From the NCBI GenBank assembly GCA_965116875.1, contig OZ220733.1, positions 1-64,000 of the forward strand: a stretch of 64,000 nt of DNA. Direction: 5' to 3'. Position numbers and translations under genes: made by a program. Below are positions 56,278-64,000 of this stretch, piece by piece. Within the stretch, counting starts at the first letter, position 1. The number at the start of each line of letters is the position of its first letter. Source of the DNA: Candidatus Latescibacterota bacterium. GTDB lineage: Bacteria; Latescibacterota; UBA2968; GCA-2709665. The notes beneath the pieces were generated by a model, which had not been told where the DNA came from, did no database searches, and was given only the letters and a program-made list of their open reading frames with translations.

Positions 56278-58935
56278 TTACGCGGAAGTTCGTTTACAAT
56301 CGACGTGCCCGGCATGGTCTGCCGGATCGCAGGAAACAGGGGACCCGCTCCCGTCGCCGTGGATTTCGACGACACCACGACTCCCATCCACGGTTACGAA
56401 GTCTCCGGTGTGAATGCGCCGCGTGGCGCCCGGCACTCCAACGACCGCGGGAACCTGGTATTCCCGGGCGATCACCGAACTGTGGTTCAGTACCCCGCCA
56501 ATTTCCGTGACCACCGCGCTCACCCGCCGGAAGAGCGGCGTCCATCCCGGATCTGTACCCAGCGCGACCAGCACTTCCCCCTGCCCGAGCGCCCCGAACT
56601 CCTCCGGTCCGCGTATCAGCCTGGCGAATCCGGTTGCGGTTCCCGGGCTGGTTCCAACGCCCTCCAGCCGTTGTGCATCCTGACTGTTGTCGGCGACCGG
56701 ATTCTCGCCGCGCCCGTCAATCCAGAAATAAAACGGCTGTCTGATGCGCGCGCGTTCGAAATCCGCGATCCTTCGATCAATTTCATCTTCGGATGGTACG
56801 GAGCCCCCCTGGAACGCGTTCTCGACCTCGGAACAGGTCAGGAAGAACACGTCATCCTTCCGTCGAAGCTGCCCTCGCGATACGAGATGGTCTGCGAGGC
56901 CCAGATAAACAGCCCGGTACCCGGCGAACAATCTGTCGAGGTGGAACCGCAATTCCTCACGAAGTCCAAGATAGATCCTCGCATATCTCAATACGTACCG
57001 AAACACCAGGGCCCGCACCGCTCCGCAGGGCTTTTCGGACAGACACTTGAATACCTTCGATTCCGCCGTCTGCATCGTTTCCAGCGGATCCTTCCGTGGC
57101 GATACGGGTTCCGCGCCGAGGTTCTGCCGGAGCATCTGCACGACGATTTCCGGGCGTTCCCGCCAGCGCGCAACGGTGAAATCCCGATTTGCGGCACGTA
57201 CCCCGTACAACTGGATGAACGCCTCGAACCTGGATGCAAAGCGGCCTTCGCCCGCCCGCAGATGTTTCAGGAACGCCGCGTCCGTACCGGTTTCCAACCT
57301 CCGCCGCAGCCCGGCGTCGCTCCGGACCTCCTCCGTCAGTTCCTCCAGGGCGGCGTTGGCCTCCGACGTCTTGTTCCTTACGGGGACCATCAGCAGATCC
57401 TTGAAAACAGTCATATCGAGCTCCGCCCAACGGACCACCGTCATTCGCAGCACCCAGATGCAGTTCATCGCGAATGCGTAGCTCCACTGGTTGACGTGCC
57501 CCTGCTGGCGCATGGCCAGATCCGTGAGACGGTCTGCGGCCGTGAGCAGGTCATCCGGAGCCCGCGACGAGGATATCTGGCGCTCTATGGCACGAATCCG
57601 CCGGCTGAAAACCGGGAAAAACGCCTGCCTGACCCGCCGATGATTGCTGTGAATCAGGCCGTAGGGTTCCGTCATCAGAAGCCCCGGCAGGCGCAGCAGC
57701 GCCGGGAGAATCCGCCGCCAGGTCCGCGGTGAACCTTTTACCTCCTCCCGGAGACTCCGGGGCAGAATCTCAAGGGCGTCATCTGCCGTCAGCCTTTCAG
57801 GGATCAGCCGGAGCGCCTGCGCCACGGCGTCCGCGTTCACGTACATGTAACCGTCGATCACCTTCAAGATGTCATCGCGTATCAATGCTTTCAGGCCCAG
57901 GCGCCGCGCGGGACGCTGGAAGGTATAGGCTTCGCTCAGACGACCCGCAATGATGGACGCGGCCATCGGACAGAGGGCCTCGGACCAGAGGTCGTCGCAG
58001 ATCCCCCGTGACCACACGCCGCGCGGACGGGACACGTCCGTCGTAATCGGACGCGTCTGCAGGAGAAACAACCGGCCCCCGGAAAACGCCCATTCGACGT
58101 CCTGGGGCCGGCCCCCGGAAAACGCCTCGATCTTCGTGCCCTGCCGCCAGAGCGTGCGCAGTTCATCGGGACAAAGCGCTTCGGCATTCCGGAGCTCCTC
58201 CGGCATGGGTTCGGCCCGGCGGTCGCCCGGCAGGAGCCGCCACAGCTTCTTCGCGATACGTTTCTCGACAACCCGGCCCGTGTTCCGGTCCAGCACGTAG
58301 GAATCGGGCGAAACCTCCCCTCCCACCACCGTCTCGCCGAGCCCCCAGTTTGCCTCCACGAAAAAACCCGGTGCGCCTGATGCCACCGGGTTCTGCGTGA
58401 ACAGGATGCCGGACTTCTCCGCATCCACCATTTCCTGGACCACAACCGCAATACGGGGAATCAGATCCGGGGCGTAGGTTCGCAAGCGGACGTTCCAGGC
58501 GGACGCCCAGCACATCCGGACGTGTTCGAGTACGGAAGCGACGTCCGTCAGATTCAGGTACGTCTCGAACTGACCGGCAAACGCGAACGCGCTGCCGTCC
58601 TCCGAGGCGCCGGACGACCGCACGGCAACGGGTGTTGCGCCCTGTCGGAGGAGCGATTCGGAAGACGTCCTGATGGCCTGTTCCACGTATCCGGGAAACG
58701 AACCCCGGGCAACCGTCTCCTCGGTCGCACCGGCAGGATCAAGGCCATTGTGTTGCAGAAACCGTGTACAGGCGTCCGCCGTCACGCAGAATCCGTCCGG
58801 AACGCGGAATCCCCCGACAAGCAGACGCCCCAGGTTTCGCGCTTTTCCGCCAACCTGATCGAGCGAAGCACGGGAGGCCCGCGCGAGATCAACAACGATT
58901 TCGGTCATTTCAGCCATGGCAACGCTCAGAGTCAT
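56278..58935 (-). CDS. PEP-utilising dikinase-like enzyme with rifampin-phosphotransferase-type domain order
   Basis: N-terminal ATP-grasp (VGGKA, VAVRSS, FAGQFET, QDVEW, LLQTRPIT), helical middle region, C-terminal His swivel (TDPGW, GGVLNHSSVIARE). Confidence 0.85.
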   Translation of the reverse strand: MTLSVAMAEMTEIVVDLARASRASLDQVGGKARNLGRLLVGGFRVPDGFCVTADACTRFLQHNGLDPAGATEETVARGSFPGYVEQAIRTSSESLLRQGATPVAVRSSGASEDGSAFAFAGQFETYLNLTDVASVLEHVRMCWASAWNVRLRTYAPDLIPRIAVVVQEMVDAEKSGILFTQNPVASGAPGFFVEANWGLGETVVGGEVSPDSYVLDRNTGRVVEKRIAKKLWRLLPGDRRAEPMPEELRNAEALCPDELRTLWRQGTKIEAFSGGRPQDVEWAFSGGRLFLLQTRPITTDVSRPRGVWSRGICDDLWSEALCPMAASIIAGRLSEAYTFQRPARRLGLKALIRDDILKVIDGYMYVNADAVAQALRLIPERLTADDALEILPRSLREEVKGSPRTWRRILPALLRLPGLLMTEPYGLIHSNHRRVRQAFFPVFSRRIRAIERQISSSRAPDDLLTAADRLTDLAMRQQGHVNQWSYAFAMNCIWVLRMTVVRWAELDMTVFKDLLMVPVRNKTSEANAALEELTEEVRSDAGLRRRLETGTDAAFLKHLRAGEGRFASRFEAFIQLYGVRAANRDFTVARWRERPEIVVQMLRQNLGAEPVSPRKDPLETMQTAESKVFKCLSEKPCGAVRALVFRYVLRYARIYLGLREELRFHLDRLFAGYRAVYLGLADHLVSRGQLRRKDDVFFLTCSEVENAFQGGSVPSEDEIDRRIADFERARIRQPFYFWIDGRGENPVADNSQDAQRLEGVGTSPGTATGFARLIRGPEEFGALGQGEVLVALGTDPGWTPLFRRVSAVVTEIGGVLNHSSVIAREYQVPAVVGVPGATRRIHTGDFVTVDGSRGVVEIHGDGSGSPVSCDPADHAGHVDCKRTSA

Positions 58936-59007
58936 CTCCCGGTACGCTCGCGTTCAGCCCGTTGAACATCGGCCGTGCAAGGCGTCTGCCGAAGTTTGAA
59001 CCACCCG

Positions 59008-59997
59008 CTAACGGTCCGTCTTGAGCGCCTGCAGAAACCCGTGCATCTGCCCGACGCAGAGTGCTATATAGGCCCGCCCTTCCGCGTCACCGGCCAACTT
59101 CATAATATGGTCGTAGTCTATGGCGCCATCGAAACCCGCTTCGTGCAATGCCCGGACCACCTGAAACATGTTCAGGTCTCCCAGGTCCGGACTTACCTCC
59201 TCATACCCCCCGGTTTCAGGAATGGTTCCCCGTACGTTTCGAAAATGCACGTGAAAGATCCTTCCCTGCCCGCCAAACCGACGAATCCCCTCGAATACGT
59301 CTTCGCCCGACTCGTACCGCGTGCCGACGCAGAAGGTCATCCCGTTTGCGGGCGACGGCACCTCGGAGAACAGTCGATCGAACGACGCGAAATCGTACAG
59401 AATCTGAGGTACGCCATACAAACTGGGCACGGGTGGGTCATTCCCATGCATTGCGACCCGTGTGCCCACGGCCTCGGCGACCGGCACAGTCGCCCGAAAA
59501 ATCTCCAACGTCCGTTCCCAGAGTTCCTCGTGCGTGGGCGCGTCGTCCCGCGCAGGTCTGTTCAGCGCGTCCCGCAAATCGACCCTCAGGTGCCGATAGC
59601 CGCCGCGGCCTTCCACCCACTCGAACACGCCGCGAGGCAACCCTCCGAACTGGGCGGCCTGGAAGCACTGAATCCCCACGACGGGAAATCCGGTTTCCCC
59701 GCAGAGCGCGACGTTCGCCACGAGATGATCCAGTTCCTCAGCGGCACCCGATTCACCCAGGAAGACAGCGCGCATATAGTTGTTCGTGGCGTTCGCCCGT
59801 TCGATCTTGAGGCCGGCGCCGTCCACCACCTCCACCACGCGCTCCAGGCTTTCGCGACTCAGTCGCCCGGACTCCCTGTACCCCGGGAAAATGTCCAGCG
59901 TCACGTCCACCACGTCCACGCCGATCTGACGCAGGAACCGCAGGTCCTCCGGCCGGTCCAGCCAACCGGGATCGATACGCGTACCTATTTTTATCAC
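59008..59997 (-). CDS. Mannonate dehydratase (UxuA)-like TIM-barrel enzyme
   Basis: MHGNDPP, MTFCVG, HVHFRNVRG, DYDH. Confidence 0.75.
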   Translation of the reverse strand: MIKIGTRIDPGWLDRPEDLRFLRQIGVDVVDVTLDIFPGYRESGRLSRESLERVVEVVDGAGLKIERANATNNYMRAVFLGESGAAEELDHLVANVALCGETGFPVVGIQCFQAAQFGGLPRGVFEWVEGRGGYRHLRVDLRDALNRPARDDAPTHEELWERTLEIFRATVPVAEAVGTRVAMHGNDPPVPSLYGVPQILYDFASFDRLFSEVPSPANGMTFCVGTRYESGEDVFEGIRRFGGQGRIFHVHFRNVRGTIPETGGYEEVSPDLGDLNMFQVVRALHEAGFDGAIDYDHIMKLAGDAEGRAYIALCVGQMHGFLQALKTDR

Positions 59998-60105
59998 GGG
60001 ATTCCTTCCTGGCGATGAATTCATTTTTGCCGATCCGCGAGCAGGCCTATATTGCTTCCGTTCCGGCAAGAACCGAAAACCCGTTTTCCATGGAGCTCTT
60101 CCGAG

Positions 60106-61023
60106 ATGTTTTCCCAGGAATTAAGAGACCGACTCAAGAACGCACACGCCTACGTTGTGACCCCGTTTAAAAAGGAAGACCCGGGACGACTCGATATGAC
60201 CGCCCAGGAGACGAACGTGGGTTTTCTGATCGAGCAAGGCGTGAAGGTGCTGAACATCGGCGGTGGTACCGGGGAAGTCAACGCCCTTTCAAATTCCGAA
60301 CTTGCAACGCTGAGCCAATCCGCATTTGACATCGCCGGCCCATGCACGCTGGTCATACCCACGCTGCCCGGGAATCTTGGCGACGCCCTGGAACTCGCGC
60401 CGGTCTACGAACGAATGGGCGCGCGGGTCGTACTGGCCATGGCGCCGTACATCCGCAACGAGACGCCGGACGACCTGGAGGGCGTTCTCAGCCACTATCG
60501 GATCCTTGCGGGCGCAACCGGTCTGGCGTTAATGCCCTACAATACGCAGGCCTGGCCGGCGACGTTCTTTACCAGGCTTGCGGAGGTCGATCGTATCATC
60601 GGGATCAAGGACCCCTGCCGGGCGCCGCACAATCTGTTCGGCGCCATTCAGAGCCTGGGCGACCGCTTTGTCTGGATCGGCAACAAACGCCACGATCCCG
60701 GCGTGCTGCACCTGCGTTTTCAAATGGGCATCGAGGGTTTCTCCGCCGGCATGGTCAACTTCGCGCCGCAATACGAACTCAGACTCTTCGACCTCGCCCT
60801 CGAGAAGAACTGGGAGGCCATGGTCGTCATCCAGCGCCGGCTGGCCCCGATGGAAAGGCTGAGATTCCGGTACGGGGACGTCGCGATGATCAAGGCCGGC
60901 ATGGACCTGGTTGGTCTGCGGGGCGGCCCCGTACGACCGCCTCGCGTCGACGTACCGGAACCCGGTCGCGCCGAAATCCGTGCTGCGCTCGACAAACTCG
61001 GGTTAAACACGATACAGGGATAA
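60106..61023 (+). CDS. DapA/KdgD-family aldolase or dehydratase
   Basis: VTPF, GGTGE, PYN, IGIKD Schiff-base Lys, GPVRPP. Confidence 0.85.
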   Translation: MFSQELRDRLKNAHAYVVTPFKKEDPGRLDMTAQETNVGFLIEQGVKVLNIGGGTGEVNALSNSELATLSQSAFDIAGPCTLVIPTLPGNLGDALELAPVYERMGARVVLAMAPYIRNETPDDLEGVLSHYRILAGATGLALMPYNTQAWPATFFTRLAEVDRIIGIKDPCRAPHNLFGAIQSLGDRFVWIGNKRHDPGVLHLRFQMGIEGFSAGMVNFAPQYELRLFDLALEKNWEAMVVIQRRLAPMERLRFRYGDVAMIKAGMDLVGLRGGPVRPPRVDVPEPGRAEIRAALDKLGLNTIQG

Positions 61024-61070
61024 TCCGCTGACAGACGACGCGTGAGACCGCAATCACCACCGATCGGTCT

Positions 61071-62315
61071 TCAAGAGTCACCGGAAACGGCGGGGGCGGC
61101 ATCGAAGTAGCCCTCGTCGCCGAAGAACGGAAACATCCCGAACCCCGCCGCCAGGTCGCGTTGCTCCCAGACCAGGCCCGTCTCGCAATAACTCAGCGAT
61201 CCGTGTGCGGGTGGCGAGAATTCCGGTCGCCCCAGCAGGTCGCTCCGGAACCACACGCTACGGTGTCCGAAGCACACCCCCTTCTCCAGATTGTCCCGTG
61301 CAAATTCCACCATATGCGGAAACGTCCGCTGGTACTCCGCGCCGGGACCGTATTCGACGTGGTTCTTCAGGCTTTCTCCCGCGGCCTGGACCTCGCCCAT
61401 CGACATGGGTACACCGTTTCTTATAAACAGGGCATCGGTGTTCGGATCCACCACCGCCCACTTGCCGTACTCGTTGAACCACACCTCCGCCACGAAATGA
61501 CCGTTGAATCCGTTGACCGCCTCGGTCAGGACGGCGCATCGGGACGGAATACCCGCCGCCTGGGCGCAGCTGACGAAAGCCGCGGCATAGTGAACGCACA
61601 TTGCCACCGGCCGTTTCCCGTTGTGTCCGACCTGACGGGGAGCCCATGCGAGCAGGGTTTCGGCGTCCCATGGCGCGTATTGACCCGCCCGGAGCGAATT
61701 GGTGTGCTCCCAGCTGGACGCCAGCCAGGACGTCAATGCGCGGACCCGGTTCAAAAGTGGCCCCTGGTCTTTTGCGACGGGCGGCAGCAAACGCCTCAAC
61801 GACAGCAACCTGGGCGACTCCGCGACCTCCCACACCATGGAGGGAGGCGGCGGGTCCTCGCCCTCGGCCAGCCGCACCCGGACGACGTACTCGCCCAGGA
61901 CCGCGTTGAGATAGCCCATCCGGTCGCTCCGCCAGGTCTTCCCGCCGTCGTCACTCACCCCGCTGCCGGTTCCGGCACGGCCCGCTTCCATCGCGAGGGA
62001 CCAGCCGTCCATCGCCGTCCCGTCTGTCCACAGCTCGAATGTGTTGTCGCCGGCCCTTAGAGCAGAGACGGAAATCTCAACCCATGAATACGCGCCGGGC
62101 CGATCGGGCTCGATCTCGATGACTTCATCGCCGTTCACGGCCACCCGTAGCGGAGCCGCGTTTTCGGGATAGGGCCGGGCGAGGATATAGACCTGCCCCG
62201 GCGCGTCCGTAGCCGGCAGCGCGAGCCTCTTGCGGGCCCGGCGGAACGTCGTCAACTCCTCGCAAAGCGCCGGCATCACCCGCCCTTCTTCGCTATAATA
62301 CAATCGGCTCATCAA
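61071..62315 (-). CDS. Transglutaminase-like domain protein
   Basis: Cys-His-Asp triad pattern MCVHYA, GHFVAEVW, WAVVDP; N-terminal beta domain. Confidence 0.7.
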   Translation of the reverse strand: MMSRLYYSEEGRVMPALCEELTTFRRARKRLALPATDAPGQVYILARPYPENAAPLRVAVNGDEVIEIEPDRPGAYSWVEISVSALRAGDNTFELWTDGTAMDGWSLAMEAGRAGTGSGVSDDGGKTWRSDRMGYLNAVLGEYVVRVRLAEGEDPPPPSMVWEVAESPRLLSLRRLLPPVAKDQGPLLNRVRALTSWLASSWEHTNSLRAGQYAPWDAETLLAWAPRQVGHNGKRPVAMCVHYAAAFVSCAQAAGIPSRCAVLTEAVNGFNGHFVAEVWFNEYGKWAVVDPNTDALFIRNGVPMSMGEVQAAGESLKNHVEYGPGAEYQRTFPHMVEFARDNLEKGVCFGHRSVWFRSDLLGRPEFSPPAHGSLSYCETGLVWEQRDLAAGFGMFPFFGDEGYFDAAPAVSGDS

Positions 62316-62430
62316 GGCCTCTCACTGTGAGGTTGGCGGCTTCCCGCTGTCGGCTGACAGCTGTTCTGCTGCTCCTGGTCGGCCGAATTCAGGCAATCCA
62401 TTTCGGGAGCGGAAAACCGGTTCCTCGAAA

Positions 62431-63333
62431 TCATCGTCCGATATATTCCGGGAAGGCAAGTTTCCAGTTCTCGTAAATGATATTGTGGATCACTTCGTCC
62501 GGAACCGTTGGGAAACGGGTCCCCATGACCACGTCATTCACTTTCCACTGCCCGGCGATGACCTGCGCCGCCGTGGCCGACGGAAAGTCGGATCCGAAAA
62601 TCAGTTTGTGTTCCACTCCGTATTCGATCGCCGACATCAAGGCCTGATAGTGCCGCCGCGGCCGGTAGTGGAGCGCGGATATGTTCGTGTAGAGGTTGGG
62701 ATGCTTCCGGATCAGCACCACGCATTCATCTTCCCAGGGATGCCCCATGTGGGAAATGACGATGCGAAGATCCGGACACGCAATTGCGATATCCTCGAGT
62801 TGAATGGGATTCGCGTACTTCAGCGGCCCGTACCGGACGAACGAGGTCCCCTGATGGATATTCAGGGGAATACCCAGCGATTCCGCCTTTTTGAAGAACG
62901 GCAGGTGCCGGGGATCCTGCGGGTCCCAGTTCTGGTAGATCGGCGCCACCTTCAACCCCCGCAGCCCAAGGTCCTCCACGCAATATACCAGTTGATCGAC
63001 ACAATCCGCGTCGTTCGGATTGACCGAACACCAGCCGAAGAACCGGTCCGGGTTGTCGTCCACGAATCCGGCAACCAGTTCCTGGGGCACGTCGATTCCC
63101 ACGTGCGGCGCACGCAGGCCGAACACGATGGCGCGGTCGCAGTCTTCCGTTGCCTCCAGCAATTGCCCGGGCCTGGCATCGAACGCATTGCGCTCGTGGG
63201 TGGCGTCGTCGGCGTAATACACGTCGGGCGACAATCGCATCTTCGCCTTCTTGGCCGCAAGCGCAGACTCGATGAATTCATCCGACAGATGGTCCGGATA
63301 CCACAGCAGATTCGTATGCGTGTCGAAGAGCAT
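62431..63333 (-). CDS. Amidohydrolase_2 family metal-dependent hydrolase
   Basis: DTHTN, RGLKV, IHQG, SHMGHP, IFGSDFP. Confidence 0.85.
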   Translation of the reverse strand: MLFDTHTNLLWYPDHLSDEFIESALAAKKAKMRLSPDVYYADDATHERNAFDARPGQLLEATEDCDRAIVFGLRAPHVGIDVPQELVAGFVDDNPDRFFGWCSVNPNDADCVDQLVYCVEDLGLRGLKVAPIYQNWDPQDPRHLPFFKKAESLGIPLNIHQGTSFVRYGPLKYANPIQLEDIAIACPDLRIVISHMGHPWEDECVVLIRKHPNLYTNISALHYRPRRHYQALMSAIEYGVEHKLIFGSDFPSATAAQVIAGQWKVNDVVMGTRFPTVPDEVIHNIIYENWKLAFPEYIGR

Positions 63334-63358
63334 GCCGCGCTCCGTTGGCGACGGACTG

Positions 63359-64000
63359 TTATGCCAGAAACCGCCTCAGCACATTGCCCGTCAGCCGGGA
63401 CAGTTCATCGCTGACCAGCAGGGAACTGATACAGGTGATCGACCCCGTGGAAAAGACGGCGCCGCCCCCGTCCGGTTCGTGAATGACCATATGTGCGCCG
63501 CCGTCGTTGTCGTTGGTCCCGCGGGCGAGCAGCCTGACGTTTTCGGGAGAGAACCTGGCCGAGATCTTGTCCGTTTCGTGTCCCGACGCCCCTCCCGGAA
63601 TTCGCATGTGCAGACACTCCCGGCCAAAGAGTTCGCCGTCCTCGAGGCCGGTGCCCTCGAATGCCCAGTGTCCCGCGTCAACGACCCGGTACGGCGCCGC
63701 GGTCATGATGCCGGCATCGGTGAACACGACCCCCAGCAGGTTGGCCTCGGATTCCTGGCGCATATGCATCCGGCTTTCAAAATTTCCGTCCCGCTGCTGA
63801 CGCCGGTTTCCGTTGTGGACAATCATCGTTTCCTCGTCCGGCAATTCCACCTCGCAGTTCAGCCCGTTTCCGCCCATATACATCAGCCTCCCGCCGCGAT
63901 TGAAGACCCAGTCCTTCACCTCGTAATACATCCTGGACGACCAGTATTCAGGATGGGGACCCAGAATCAAAACGGCGTAATCGTCCAGATTGAGCGCTCC
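63359..64000 (-). CDS. N,N-dimethylformamidase beta-subunit-like protein, C-terminal part (5' end outside the window)
   Basis: HPEYWS, GGRLMYMGGNG, ASGHETD, GAVFSTGSI; frame stays open to base 64000. Confidence 0.75.
   Translation of the reverse strand, partial: GALNLDDYAVLILGPHPEYWSSRMYYEVKDWVFNRGGRLMYMGGNGLNCEVELPDEETMIVHNGNRRQQRDGNFESRMHMRQESEANLLGVVFTDAGIMTAAPYRVVDAGHWAFEGTGLEDGELFGRECLHMRIPGGASGHETDKISARFSPENVRLLARGTNDNDGGAHMVIHEPDGGGAVFSTGSITCISSLLVSDELSRLTGNVLRRFLA

Noticed and set aside
1-64000. tRNA, rRNA, transposase or prophage genes
   Set aside because: None recognised by eye; a tRNAscan or Infernal run would be needed to exclude small RNAs.

Overview
GC-rich bacterial chromosomal window with two parts. 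(1) About 0.5-24 kb is an accessory region. It holds short, almost all minus-strand genes (NUDIX, serine hydrolase, three APH-fold kinases, GNAT, VOC, methyltransferases, PhyH dioxygenase, toxin-antitoxin modules) separated by attC-like imperfect palindromes and several families of non-coding repeats. It reads as an integron cassette array with no integrase in the window (CALIN-like), and it includes two truncated PIN toxin genes and one homopolymer frameshift. (2) About 24-64 kb is core genome: a family B DNA polymerase ending in a beta-clamp motif; a ~16 kb minus-strand respiratory cluster (Rieske protein, split b6-type cytochrome b plus subunit IV, membrane-anchored octaheme cytochrome c, amicyanin-like cupredoxin-motif protein, A-type cytochrome c oxidase lacking the K-channel lysine, ctaA/ctaB, ABC-2 transporter, SCO); a HEAT-repeat protein and a divergent 2x[4Fe-4S] ferredoxin; the yggS-yggT-divIVA-mtnP-nudix-ileS-dksA-lspA-rluD cluster; and catabolic genes. 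The most unusual signal is a ~27-aa motif (DLSxFDxIxDRVARAKAKAEAxRKA) found twice in the cytoplasmic N-terminal extension of the Rieske protein and once at the N-terminus of the neighbouring ferredoxin, which suggests an undescribed docking module linking a cytoplasmic ferredoxin to a bc/oxidase chain. All calls are by-eye motif recognition; no database searches were run.
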